Virus record (IMG/VR): IMGVR_UViG_3300037367_000013
Span: 1-61,849 of that record
Strand: one strand, 5' to 3'
Source: a virus
Taxonomy: Duplodnaviria > Caudoviricetes
Length of the DNA: 61,849 nt
The first letter of the stretch is position 1. Each line of letters begins with the position of its first letter. The position numbers were made by a program, and so were the translations under genes. Under the pieces are notes generated by a model, which worked only from the letters and a program-made list of their open reading frames with translations, searched no databases and was not told where the DNA came from. Of this stretch, positions 8,975 to 18,694 are shown one piece after another.

Positions 8975-9376
8975 ATGCTCAAATCATTTTCAGCAATACT
9001 CGCGCTCGCCCTCTTTACGGGGTCTGCCTTCGCGCAGACGGCTGTATCTGGGAAACCGATAAATCGGTCAACGGTCAATGATTCCGTCACGATCACGACG
9101 GGAAATACCTTCCAGCAGGTTTTGCCGTCGAATTTTGGTACAACTGTCCAGCGCCAAGCACTCACCCTTGAGAACAACAACGCTTCCGATAGCTGCTGGA
9201 TTGCATTTGGAACAGTAAGTGGCACCGCAATCACCGCAGCGAATGCAACGAAGGCCGAGTCCATCCTGTTATTGGCTGGCGGTTCCTATACGCGATATTG
9301 GCCGTTTGTACCTTCGGATGCTTTTGTTGCGACCTGTGCTACATCTAGCGACACGCTTTATCTAGATGTTCAATGA
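8975..9376 (+). CDS. Exported small beta-sandwich (decoration-like) protein
   Basis: Sec signal MLKSFSAILALALFTGSAFA/Q; two Cys. Confidence 0.75.
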   Translation: MLKSFSAILALALFTGSAFAQTAVSGKPINRSTVNDSVTITTGNTFQQVLPSNFGTTVQRQALTLENNNASDSCWIAFGTVSGTAITAANATKAESILLLAGGSYTRYWPFVPSDAFVATCATSSDTLYLDVQ

Positions 9377-11036
9377 AGGGCACGCTAACCCAATTGATCC
9401 ACGGGCGTTTATTGCGGGACTAAACTCACGGCAAAAAGCCGAATTGGATCAGATATTGGCCAAGGAATTACGCGCGGCATGGCTTCCCGACCCGCGTAAC
9501 GAACCACAGTTACAAGCTTATTACTCCGAAGCCGAGTTGATGCTGTTCGGGGGAGGGGCAGGCGGCGGCAAGACCGATCTTATCTGTGGTGTAGCTCTCA
9601 ACAATCACCACAACAGCGTAATCTTCCGCAAGCAAAGCACGGATTTGCGCGGTATCGAGGACCGCATTCTATCGCTGGCCGGTTACGATGGCTGGAATGG
9701 CAGTCTTAAGACACTACGAAGGGACGGAAAACTCTTAGAACTCGGCCATCTTGAGAAACCAGGTTCGGAGGAAAGCTGGCGCGGCCGTCCCCATGATTTT
9801 ATCGGCTTTGACGAAGGCGCTCAGCTCGCAAAGCTGAAAGTCCGGTTCGTTCTAGGCTGGATGCGAAGTGTCAACCCGAAACAGAGGCGTAGGGCTATCA
9901 TCGCCAGCAACCCGCCAAGCGGTGGTGACGGCGAATGGCTGATCGAATGGTTTGCGCCCTGGCTTGATCCGAAGTTTCCGAAGCCTGCTGTTCAAGGTGA
10001 ACTGCGCTGGGCTGTGACGGGACCTGATCGTGAGGGTACAACAGTTTGGGTGCCAGACGGAGCACCAATCGTATTCACAGGCGCGTTGGAATGGCGCTAC
10101 GCGACTGAGGATGAAATCGCACAAGGCGACGCCAATACCGAAGTCGTCCAGCCGCAGACCAGGACATTCATTCAATCGCTGCTGCGGAATAATCCCTATC
10201 TCGCCAACACCGGCTATCGCGCACAAATACAGGCCCTTCCTGAGCCTCTTCGGTCGCAACTTCTAAACGGCGATTTTGTTGTCGGCCGCGAAGATCACGA
10301 ATGGCAAGTCATACCGACTGCATGGGTAAGGGCGGCACAGGAACGATGGAAACCAGTCCCGCCTGACGGCGCATTGATGACCGTTATGGGCGTTGACGTT
10401 GCCCAAGGCGGCGCAGACCGGACAGTTATCGCTTGTCGTTATGGTCCTTGGTACGCACCATTGATTGAGCGGCCTGGAATTCTAACCCCAACCGGATCAC
10501 AGATTGCCACGCTGGTTGTCGAAAATCGCAGAAACAATGCAATTATCGTAATGGACATGGGCGGCGGCTATGGTGGTGCTGCAAAGCAGCGTTTGAACGA
10601 CAACGGAATCGATGTTCGTGGTTTCAACGCCGCCAACGCTTCGACTGAGCGCACCAAAGACAAGCAACTGGAATTCGTCAACAAGCGCAGCGAAACCTTA
10701 TGGCGGTTTCGTGAGGCATTAGACCCTGACCAAGACGGAGGTTCCCCCATTGCACTGCCTCATGATCCTCAAATCCTGGCGGACCTGACATCGGCGCGTT
10801 GGAAACTTACACCGCGTGGCATACTGATCGAGCCCAAAGAGGATTTGAAGAAGCCGGAACGCCTTGGACGTTCTCCCGATAAGGGCGATGCTGTTGTGAT
10901 GGCCTGGTCCGAAGGTGAAAAGGGCATTGTGATCGCCATGAAGAAAATGGCGCGGCTGGCTGGCTCTCTTTCGCCAATCCATTCGACCAATACTTTGCCG
11001 AACGAGCGAGGCGCAGGATGGATGAGCGGAAGATAA
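9366..11036 (+). CDS. terL: Terminase large subunit
   Basis: Walker A GGAGGGKT, Walker B FIGFDE, nuclease GVDVA..GAD and RSPDKGDA. Confidence 0.95.
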   Translation: MFNEGHANPIDPRAFIAGLNSRQKAELDQILAKELRAAWLPDPRNEPQLQAYYSEAELMLFGGGAGGGKTDLICGVALNNHHNSVIFRKQSTDLRGIEDRILSLAGYDGWNGSLKTLRRDGKLLELGHLEKPGSEESWRGRPHDFIGFDEGAQLAKLKVRFVLGWMRSVNPKQRRRAIIASNPPSGGDGEWLIEWFAPWLDPKFPKPAVQGELRWAVTGPDREGTTVWVPDGAPIVFTGALEWRYATEDEIAQGDANTEVVQPQTRTFIQSLLRNNPYLANTGYRAQIQALPEPLRSQLLNGDFVVGREDHEWQVIPTAWVRAAQERWKPVPPDGALMTVMGVDVAQGGADRTVIACRYGPWYAPLIERPGILTPTGSQIATLVVENRRNNAIIVMDMGGGYGGAAKQRLNDNGIDVRGFNAANASTERTKDKQLEFVNKRSETLWRFREALDPDQDGGSPIALPHDPQILADLTSARWKLTPRGILIEPKEDLKKPERLGRSPDKGDAVVMAWSEGEKGIVIAMKKMARLAGSLSPIHSTNTLPNERGAGWMSGR

Positions 11037-11194
11037 TCGAGGAAGCAGCGGCCCGCTTTAAGAAAGCCAATGAGTGGAATCCGCGTTGGCGCGCTGACGA
11101 ATTGGCAAACGCCATCAACACATATGCGGGCAAAGCTCCGGTTGAACCTACCATCGACCAATCACCCAATCGCGGTTCTGGCTGGATGCGGTAA
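11018..11194 (+). CDS. 58-aa chimeric mini-protein at the terL-portal junction
   Basis: MDERKIIEEAAARFKKANEW...NRGSGWMR; its stop overlaps the portal ATG. Confidence 0.6.
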   Translation: MDERKIIEEAAARFKKANEWNPRWRADELANAINTYAGKAPVEPTIDQSPNRGSGWMR

Positions 11195-13368
11195 TGGATT
11201 TTGGTGCTACCCAGACCGATCCGCCGCTTCCGGGTAAGGCTGGTATCGTTCAGGAGGCTGTTGAACGTTATCACGCCTGCAAGGATTGGCAGGGCGTTCA
11301 GGACGAACGGACGCGGGAAGATATCAAGTTCGCCAATGGCGATGCGCGCAATGCGTGGCAATGGCCGACCAAAATATATGAGGACCGCACTTCGCCTTCG
11401 ACTGACTTGCCGTGTCTGACCATCAACAATACGCGGGTTCATAACGACTTCATCATCAACCAAATATCTAAAAATGGCTGGAGCGTTAAAATCCGGCCTA
11501 CTGGCGGGAAAGCAAGCTACAAGTCAGCGCAGGTTCTTTCCAGTATCATCCGTCGCATTTTGTATATCTCAAAATACAGTGCGCAGCGCAGGAAAGTGAA
11601 CGAACAGCAGGTTGACGGTGGTATCGGCTACGTCCTGATTGAAACTGCGTATGTATCAAATAAAACGCGCGATCAGGATATTTATCTAAAGGCGTCACGC
11701 GACCCAACGGCAGTCTATCTTGATCCGTGGATTCGTGAACCGGACGGCTCTGACGCGAATTTCGGATTTGTATTCGAGCGGATGCAGCGCAAGGAATTCA
11801 ACCGTAAATATCCCGAGTATAAGGATAAGGTTGGGACCGCTCCGGTTGATAGTGCGTTTGCCGATTGGATTTCCGATAAGGAAATTATGCTGGTCAAATA
11901 TTACCGCAAAAATCCGAAGTCGGACACTTATGTTTGGTACAAAGAAGCAGACGGCAACGAAGTCGAGAAACTAGCTTCCGAAATCAAGGACGAGGCCGGA
12001 AAGGTAATTTTCAAGGCTCTCCTTGAGGACATCGAAAACGGTGTGATCGATGGCGGAACACGCAAAGTTTCAGATGATAAGGTAGAGTGGTTTCTGATTG
12101 CTGGCGACACCATCATCGACAAAGGAAAGTGGGCCGGTAAGTATATTCCGATTTGTCGCTGCGTGGGTCGAGAGTTGGTTATCGACGCGACGTTGGACCG
12201 TAAAGGGCATACGCGGCCACTAATCGACGCTCAACGCATGCTGAACTTTTCGGCCTCAACGGATGTTCAGATGAATGCGCTGCAGCCAAAATCGCCATTC
12301 ATCGGGTCCGCAGAGGCGACAGAGGGACAAGAGGGCTGGAAGTCGGCAAATATCAATGCCTATGCGGTCCTGCTCTATAATCAGTGGGACGACGAAGGCA
12401 ATAAACTGGACGCTCCGCAGCGCGTTCAACCAGCGCAACCAAATGCGGCCTACCAGACCGCGATGCAAAATGCCGAACGGCAGATGCAGATGATTTCCGG
12501 CCAGTGGCAGGCCGAGATGGAAAAAAACGACGGTCAATATCCCCAATCGGGCAGGGCGCTCGATACCAGAAAAGAACAAGGTGATATAGCTACTTGGCAT
12601 TTTGTTGAACACATGAACGACATGGAACGCTTTATTGGCGTTCAACTGCTGGACCTCATTCGGGTGATATACGACACGGAGCGCGCGTTACAGATTGAGG
12701 ATGAGGACGGCGAAAAGCATTGGATTACCGTAAATCCAAACCAGGATGAGGCGGTTCAGGAACTAAACCACGAAAAAAAGGACGAAGAGGCCGCCAAACT
12801 CGCGTTCAACCCCAAGATCGGTGAATACGAGTGCATCTCCGATCCGGGCAAAGACTATGCCACCAAGCGCGAAGAGGCGTGGGAAGCCTATGCCGGCATC
12901 TTCCAGACCAATAAAGAACTTGCCGCCGTCGCGTCCGATATTATTTTCAAATACAGCGACTTGCCTGGAGCGGACAAGATAGCCGAACGGCTGCAAAAGG
13001 AAATCAAGGCCCTCAAGCCCTATCTTTTCAGCGAGAACGCCGACCCGCAAATCATGGCGCTGCAACAGCAGACCCAGCGTCTTACGGCCTTGAATTCCGA
13101 ACTTATGACCAAGCTGGCTGATGCAAACTTGAAAATCCGTGGCCGTGATGAATTGCGCGATGTCGAGTCGTTCAATGCTGATACCAAGCGCATGGAAGCC
13201 GAGATTAAGGCTCTTAAAGAACTGCTCCTGACACCGCAGCAAAAAATGCAGATGGAACATGAACTGGATACCATGGCCCATCAGCATATTTACGACAGCA
13301 TTCAGCAGGCCAATCAAGGCGCAATCGATAGCGCCAATTCTCAGACTACCAATGGAACGGGGCAGTAA
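11194..13368 (+). CDS. P22-like portal protein
   Basis: 724 aa after terL; D.KF.NGD...WQW, PCLTIN, GKYIPI, D.QRM.N motifs; C-terminal coiled coil. Confidence 0.9.
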   Translation: MDFGATQTDPPLPGKAGIVQEAVERYHACKDWQGVQDERTREDIKFANGDARNAWQWPTKIYEDRTSPSTDLPCLTINNTRVHNDFIINQISKNGWSVKIRPTGGKASYKSAQVLSSIIRRILYISKYSAQRRKVNEQQVDGGIGYVLIETAYVSNKTRDQDIYLKASRDPTAVYLDPWIREPDGSDANFGFVFERMQRKEFNRKYPEYKDKVGTAPVDSAFADWISDKEIMLVKYYRKNPKSDTYVWYKEADGNEVEKLASEIKDEAGKVIFKALLEDIENGVIDGGTRKVSDDKVEWFLIAGDTIIDKGKWAGKYIPICRCVGRELVIDATLDRKGHTRPLIDAQRMLNFSASTDVQMNALQPKSPFIGSAEATEGQEGWKSANINAYAVLLYNQWDDEGNKLDAPQRVQPAQPNAAYQTAMQNAERQMQMISGQWQAEMEKNDGQYPQSGRALDTRKEQGDIATWHFVEHMNDMERFIGVQLLDLIRVIYDTERALQIEDEDGEKHWITVNPNQDEAVQELNHEKKDEEAAKLAFNPKIGEYECISDPGKDYATKREEAWEAYAGIFQTNKELAAVASDIIFKYSDLPGADKIAERLQKEIKALKPYLFSENADPQIMALQQQTQRLTALNSELMTKLADANLKIRGRDELRDVESFNADTKRMEAEIKALKELLLTPQQKMQMEHELDTMAHQHIYDSIQQANQGAIDSANSQTTNGTGQ

Positions 13369-13503
13369 ATGCCGCTCACCAAAAAGGGCAAAAAGATCAA
13401 GCGTGCTATGGACAAAGAGTACGGCAACAAGAAAGCCGAGCGGATTTTCTATGCAAGCCGAAATAAGGGCTCCATCAAAGGCGTCGATAAGAAGCGCAAA
13501 TGA
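13369..13503 (+). CDS. Small basic phage protein (44 aa)
   Basis: MPLTKKGKKIKRAMDKEYG.KKAERIFYAS.NKG; translationally coupled on both sides. Confidence 0.7.
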   Translation: MPLTKKGKKIKRAMDKEYGNKKAERIFYASRNKGSIKGVDKKRK

Positions 13504-13808
13504 ACCCGATAACGCAAATTTTCAATGACATTCCAAACGCCTTCGATGTTCTGCGCATCATCGCGCAAGACGAAGGCAAGCTGACCGAGGTTGATCGCGC
13601 GGCCGTTCGTAATGCTGCGGACGAACTAGAAGCTTCCGAGCGCGCTCATCTGGCAACCTTAGCCGAGCTAATCGAGACGCGCGGTAGGCTAATTGCCGTC
13701 AATGATCGTTTGATTGAACTGCTCGCCGCACATAAATCACCTGTCTCTCCCGTCATGGGCTATTCCACGGGATGGCAGGAAGTTCTTGTGACGCAATATT
13801 CAAGGTGA
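13500..13808 (+). CDS. Hypothetical protein
   Basis: ATGA overlap; helical. Confidence 0.55.
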   Translation: MNPITQIFNDIPNAFDVLRIIAQDEGKLTEVDRAAVRNAADELEASERAHLATLAELIETRGRLIAVNDRLIELLAAHKSPVSPVMGYSTGWQEVLVTQYSR

Positions 13809-13811
13809 ACC

Positions 13812-13964
13812 ATGGCCGAAACCGTCACGCCGAAGCCCATGCCGCTCACGTCCATGCCGGATCGGGTTTACCCTCCTGACCAGCAGGACAAGAACCAGGA
13901 ATTGAAAGCCGGCATCCAGGGCGAGCAAAAGAACTGGAATCCCGGTAAAGGCCCGAGCAAATGA
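13812..13964 (+). CDS. Small hypothetical protein (50 aa)
   Basis: AAGGTG RBS; fills the gap and is coupled to the next ORF. Confidence 0.5.
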   Translation: MAETVTPKPMPLTSMPDRVYPPDQQDKNQELKAGIQGEQKNWNPGKGPSK

Positions 13965-14299
13965 CGGCTGAGTTAAACTCACTCAAATGTCCAGTGCAGA
14001 CTTCTAGCAAGCGTGCGCTTTTGGCGATGTGGGATGAAGAGGCGCGCGATGGATGCCATCAATTAACGCTAAAACAAAAATCCCATATATTTTGCATGCG
14101 TGTGCACGATGCATGGCATGAACTGCGTAAGCCGTTGAGCATCGCCCCATACATTAGGTGGCATCTACTCCTGGGTGAAAAAGTAACTTTTCTTGATCGC
14201 TGCTCATGGTGGGCAAGCGCTTTACAGAAACGAGCTACAGGCTTTTGTTATATAATGCTCTCTGGGTATAGAGATTTTATGAATCCGCCAACGTTATGA
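13961..14299 (+). CDS. Hypothetical protein
   Basis: ATGA overlaps at both ends. Confidence 0.45.
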   Translation: MTAELNSLKCPVQTSSKRALLAMWDEEARDGCHQLTLKQKSHIFCMRVHDAWHELRKPLSIAPYIRWHLLLGEKVTFLDRCSWWASALQKRATGFCYIMLSGYRDFMNPPTL

Positions 14300-14745
14300 C
14301 AAAAACAGTCGAAATTAACGGCGAACTAATCACCACTCAGGAGGCCATGGCGCTTCTCAAGATGCTTTATGATGACGCCAAGCGCATGGCTGGTGAATTC
14401 CACGGTATGAATCGCAGCGCAAAATTCCGCGTCAATTGGCCGAACGAATATGACTTTGCTGAATCAGAATGGCGCAATTTCGTAGAGCCCACACGCCAGA
14501 TGTACACCGAAAAACTCGCTGATCCGCTTACGTCGGAATACGACAAGGCGCGTATCTTCAAGGTGCTCATTCTGCAGGCCCGCATGGCGCAGAACACTGA
14601 AACCGACAATCGTTTGCAGATCGCGCCCGGCACACAGCAATTCGAGGGCGATAAGAAAGAAAACAAAAACATCATGGATAAGTTCGGCGCACGACCAAAT
14701 TTCCGTGCTTGGCTGAAAAGTTCTACCGCTCGCAGCGTTCATTAA
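14296..14745 (+). CDS. Hypothetical head-region protein
   Basis: ORF in operon context. Confidence 0.6.
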   Translation: MTKTVEINGELITTQEAMALLKMLYDDAKRMAGEFHGMNRSAKFRVNWPNEYDFAESEWRNFVEPTRQMYTEKLADPLTSEYDKARIFKVLILQARMAQNTETDNRLQIAPGTQQFEGDKKENKNIMDKFGARPNFRAWLKSSTARSVH

Positions 14746-14757
14746 AGAGGATCATAA

Positions 14758-15564
14758 ATGTCTGATACCCCCGGCGAAGCTGCCGTTCCGGATGCGGCCG
14801 TCGATCCCGCAGTTGTTGTTGAGCCTGTTGCCGAACCAGAACTTCAATTACCACCTCCAGCCCCGCAACGTCCGCAGATGGTGCCTGTGGCTGTGGTCGC
14901 GGACTTGCGCGAAAAAAAACGCAACGTCGAAGCAGAATTGGAAGCCGAGCGTACACGCCGTATCAATGCGGAGGCCTTGGCTGAACGGCTATCAAAAGGC
15001 GATAAACCTACCGAATCCCAGCGCGTTGCACAGGTTCAGGAGATACCTGCAGACGACATTGACCGCCGCGCTGCGCAACTCGTTTTCTCACGCGACGTGG
15101 ACAAGGTGCGTAGCAACGGCCTAGCGCAATTCGGTCCATCATTCATGGATACGATCAAAGCATTAGGCGCAGTCGGTGCCGATCAGGACAGTTTCGTATC
15201 GCAGGTTATGGCCGTTGATGGCGATCAGGCGCATGTTCTTCTGAACGATTTAGCCCAAGACCTCGAAAAGACTGTCTCGCTTGTCAACATGGACCCAAAC
15301 CGAAGGATTGTGGAGCTGACTAAAATGGCCGTTGCCGCAAAAGCGCCTGTAAGGGGAGAGGATGGCAAGTTTGTTCCACCGGAACCCAAAGTCGAACCAA
15401 AAACCCCTCCGAAGCAAGTCTCCAAAGCACCGGCGCCGCCTCCACCTATTGAACCGTCATCTTCGAAAGAAATCGACGGTTATAGTGACGAAGCGACGGA
15501 TGAACAGTTCACGGCCAAGTTTGAGGCTCGAATGAAAGAGCGTGCCGTGCGAGGGCGTCGCTAG
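14758..15564 (+). CDS. Scaffolding protein
   Basis: Acidic/Pro-rich N-terminus, coiled coil, SKAPAPPPPI linker and basic C-terminal helix; upstream of the coat gene. Confidence 0.75.
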   Translation: MSDTPGEAAVPDAAVDPAVVVEPVAEPELQLPPPAPQRPQMVPVAVVADLREKKRNVEAELEAERTRRINAEALAERLSKGDKPTESQRVAQVQEIPADDIDRRAAQLVFSRDVDKVRSNGLAQFGPSFMDTIKALGAVGADQDSFVSQVMAVDGDQAHVLLNDLAQDLEKTVSLVNMDPNRRIVELTKMAVAAKAPVRGEDGKFVPPEPKVEPKTPPKQVSKAPAPPPPIEPSSSKEIDGYSDEATDEQFTAKFEARMKERAVRGRR

Positions 15565-15567
15565 GGC

Positions 15568-15632
15568 TTGCAAGCTACTGATTCAATGATATAATCGGGT
15601 CCGTGGAGTGCTGATAACACTCCGCCGGACCC
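15568..15632 (+). promoter_or_regulatory. Sigma70-type promoter and hairpin upstream of the HNH gene
   Basis: TTGCAA 15568-15573, TGa-TATAAT 15590-15595; hairpin GGGTCCG.GGAGTG/CACTCC..CGGACCC 15597-15632. Confidence 0.65.
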
Positions 15633-15661
15633 TAACCAAACCGAGCGCGGGAGCGCCCGAA

Positions 15662-16288
15662 ATGGCTGATGAAATCATATCGTATCTGGATGCCAAGGCG
15701 AGTGGGTTTAAGCGGTATTTTACCGGTAAGCCGTGTCTAAATGGTCATGTTGCGCCCCGTTTTGTTTCTAACTGTGCATGTTCTGAATGTCAGTACGACA
15801 GAACGAGAAAATGGGCAGCCCAAAATCCTGAATTAAAGAACCGCTTTGTCAAAGATTGGTTTGACAGACATCCGAATTATCGCGCTGCTTGGGTTAAGAA
15901 TAATCCAGAATCGATCCGAAAAACAAAACGCAAGTGGTATCTGAAAGACCCCAAGAAGCGAGTTCAGGCCGCTCTTAATTGGGCGTTGAAACACCCCGAA
16001 CATCGCCGCACGTCTGTAAGAAACAGGACTGCACGGCGGAAGGCTGCTTCTGGATCGCACACCGCCGACCAAATTCTTAAAATGCTTCGCAGCCAAAATT
16101 GGCTGTGCGCCGCTTGCGGCATTTCCATCAAGAAAAAGCGACATATCGACCACATTATGCCGCTGCTTCTTGGTGGCTCAAACGACATCGGCAACTTGCA
16201 AGGTCTGTGTCCCGCCTGCAATTGCAGTAAGAACGCGAAAGACCCATTTGTTTGGGCGCGTGAATTGGGAATTGAACTAAAAATATAA
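15662..16288 (+). CDS. Free-standing HNH homing endonuclease
   Basis: N-terminal RYFTGKPC.NGH...CSEC; C-terminal CAAC...HIDHIMPL..GGSN...NLQ.LC..CN.SK. Confidence 0.9.
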   Translation: MADEIISYLDAKASGFKRYFTGKPCLNGHVAPRFVSNCACSECQYDRTRKWAAQNPELKNRFVKDWFDRHPNYRAAWVKNNPESIRKTKRKWYLKDPKKRVQAALNWALKHPEHRRTSVRNRTARRKAASGSHTADQILKMLRSQNWLCAACGISIKKKRHIDHIMPLLLGGSNDIGNLQGLCPACNCSKNAKDPFVWARELGIELKI

Positions 16289-16453
16289 ACGGCCCTATCG
16301 CCGTCGCCGATAGCATCCGCGCCGTGGAGCGGTATTCCACGATCCTACACCCGCACTCTCGTTCGACTCGGGATCGAACCTGAACCGCAGCACGTCGCTG
16401 CATCCCCATTCATGCGCCGTGGAGATGGCGCTACGACCTATGGAGCCATCCCG

Positions 16454-17716
16454 ATGGCGAACAATATTTTGACCCCCTCAATGATCACGCGCTACTCGAT
16501 GCGCATGTTCTTGAATACAAATTATTTTTTGCAGAATGTGAGCCGTCAATTCGAATCTCAATTCGGCATTGAAGGCGCTCGCATTGGAGCGCAGTTGCGT
16601 ATCCGATATGCCAACCAGTACACCGTCACTGACGGACCTGGCATCTCAATCCAGGACACCACGGAACAGCAATTCTTGCTGGCCGTCGCTACGCAGCGCC
16701 ATGTGGATGTGGCCTTTACTTCGGCCGAAACCACGTTGGACGTTGACGACTACATGGAGCGCATCGTTCTGCCGCGCGTCAACGCTTTGGCGGCCAACGT
16801 TGCTCTCCAAGTGATGGTGAATACCGCGACTGCGGCACGCAACATCACCGCCAACGTCGATTCCAACAACAACATCCTGCCGGTCACGGACGGCCCGATT
16901 GCGCTCGCCCGCGCGATCTTGGAGGAAAACTCCGCGCCGAACTTCGGCGAGATGGGTATGCGCAAGGTCGTGCTTGCGCCGCGTTCGGACACGCGCATTC
17001 AGCAGGCACTTCGCGGATTGTTCAACCCCGTAGAATCCATCAGCCGTCAGTACAACACCGGCATGATGTATGAGGCGTTGCAGTTCCGGTTGTTCGAGGA
17101 TCAGTCGGTTGTTTCTCATACCACGGGTTCGGCGACCACGGCGACTGTCTCCGCGACCGCAGGACAGACCGGAAATGCTCTGACGATCACTGCTCTGAGT
17201 GGCACGATCAATGCTGGCGATATTTTCACAATTGCCGGTGTGAATGGCGTCAACCGCATCAACTATTCGTCCACGGGCGTTGCGGCGCAGTTTGTTGCGC
17301 TTTCCAATGTTGCGAATGGCGGAACTACGCTTACTTTCTATCCGCCTATCGTGCCGCCGGCATCGTCAACTCCGTATGCCGGGAACGCTTACACCCCGCA
17401 GCAATACCAGACGGTGACGGCATCGCCTGCTGCTAACGCGGTTATTACCCCGTTTGCCAACGCCAGCGTGACCTACCGCGAAAATATGGCTTACGCTCCG
17501 GATGCGATTACCCTCGTGGTTGCTCCGCTCTGGATTCCGCCAAACGAAAAGGGCGTCATCGCGGCTGCGCGCCATGAGTATGACCGGCTGTCGATGCGGA
17601 GTCTCGTTGTGTACGAGCCAACAACTGATCAGCCGATCGATAGGTTGGACATTCTCTTCGGATCGGGGGTTCCTCGGCCCGAATGGCTCGTTCAGGTGGC
17701 GGATTCTACGCCGTAG
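16454..17716 (+). CDS. Major capsid (P22 coat-like) protein
   Basis: MANNILTPSMITR...IG.QLRIR...AGDIFTIAGV...RLDILFG...RPEW; GGAG RBS. Confidence 0.92.
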   Translation: MANNILTPSMITRYSMRMFLNTNYFLQNVSRQFESQFGIEGARIGAQLRIRYANQYTVTDGPGISIQDTTEQQFLLAVATQRHVDVAFTSAETTLDVDDYMERIVLPRVNALAANVALQVMVNTATAARNITANVDSNNNILPVTDGPIALARAILEENSAPNFGEMGMRKVVLAPRSDTRIQQALRGLFNPVESISRQYNTGMMYEALQFRLFEDQSVVSHTTGSATTATVSATAGQTGNALTITALSGTINAGDIFTIAGVNGVNRINYSSTGVAAQFVALSNVANGGTTLTFYPPIVPPASSTPYAGNAYTPQQYQTVTASPAANAVITPFANASVTYRENMAYAPDAITLVVAPLWIPPNEKGVIAAARHEYDRLSMRSLVVYEPTTDQPIDRLDILFGSGVPRPEWLVQVADSTP

Positions 17717-17721
17717 TTACC

Positions 17722-17832
17722 GGAAGATCGGACCTCACCCTGAGACGCTGGCCGACCGTCAGGGCAACCACGCTTTCGATCCATCTCCGATCTTTCATGC
17801 GCATTGCTGTGGAAATCGAAAGAAGTCGGCCA
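17722..17832 (+). ncRNA. Candidate structured RNA (four interleaved helices) after the coat gene
   Basis: Pairings 17722-32/17786-96 (11 bp), 17738-43/17759-64 (6 bp), 17749-56/17825-32 (8 bp), 17773-80/17815-22 (8 bp). Confidence 0.55.
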
Positions 17833-17854
17833 ATAAATTCATAGGAGAAATACA

Positions 17855-18664
17855 ATGTTTGATCCCGAACTTCACGAAGTTGATCCGGCAACTGGATTCC
17901 ACGTCAATAAGGAAACTGGTGGCATTGTTGGCGTAGTGCCGGCACCTATCCCGCCTGCCATTCACAACGAATGGCCGAAATGGGTCAAGGTTCACGATAG
18001 CCATATCGTGCGAAAAAAGGCTGATACCGGAAACGCCGAATTCGACGGTAACGCGGTTGTCGTCCGCAACCCCGACGATAAAGTTCCCGAAAGTATCAGC
18101 ACGCCTGGATATGCCGATAGCCACGTCAATCGCGTGACTGGAGAAGTCACCGTCCTGGTCAATAATGAGGACGAGGAAAAAGCCGCTACCGGCGCGCGCG
18201 CGGAAAAGTCGGACGAAAAGCCGGAAGTCGTTGCCGACGACGCAACCAAGCGTGCCGTTCATGCCGATGTCGAACGCATCAAGCGCGAACAGCTCGTGGT
18301 GCTCGCCAAGGAAGCGGCCGCCGAACAGGAAAAACTGGTAGCCGAAGAGGCAAAGCGCCGCGTTGTGGAACAGCAAGAAATTGAAAAACGAGCCGAAGAA
18401 GCGGCGGCCGAACTTGCGACAAAGCAGCGGGAACGTCTCGGCTCTCAACTCGGCGCGCCTGTCGCACGCGCTTCCGTCTATGATAGCGGCCCCGTTGGGC
18501 GTCCTGCAACTGACCAATACGATGAGCAGTTCAACATTGGCGCATCGTACGATCAGAACCGAACAACTGGCGGAATTAACCCGCGTAATGTGCCATCTCA
18601 GGCTAATCCTGCGAACCCGTATCCCACCAAGAATCCGGGCAATGCGGGAAATCAGAGCGAGTGA
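17855..18664 (+). CDS. Hypothetical protein with coiled coil
   Basis: AGGAG RBS; EWPKWV...VNNEDEE motif and charged coiled coil. Confidence 0.7.
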   Translation: MFDPELHEVDPATGFHVNKETGGIVGVVPAPIPPAIHNEWPKWVKVHDSHIVRKKADTGNAEFDGNAVVVRNPDDKVPESISTPGYADSHVNRVTGEVTVLVNNEDEEKAATGARAEKSDEKPEVVADDATKRAVHADVERIKREQLVVLAKEAAAEQEKLVAEEAKRRVVEQQEIEKRAEEAAAELATKQRERLGSQLGAPVARASVYDSGPVGRPATDQYDEQFNIGASYDQNRTTGGINPRNVPSQANPANPYPTKNPGNAGNQSE

Positions 18665-18694
18665 TTGCGTTCTAACGCTTCCAAAGGAAATACC

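Noticed and set aside
17738-17822. Hammerhead ribozyme
   Set aside because: CUGAGAC does not match the CUGANGA core, and the helix order does not fit.
17714-17936. Coat stop read-through or frameshift extension
   Set aside because: The in-frame read-through meets TGA after 8 codons, no slippery heptamer was seen, and the alternative-frame peptide looks non-coding.
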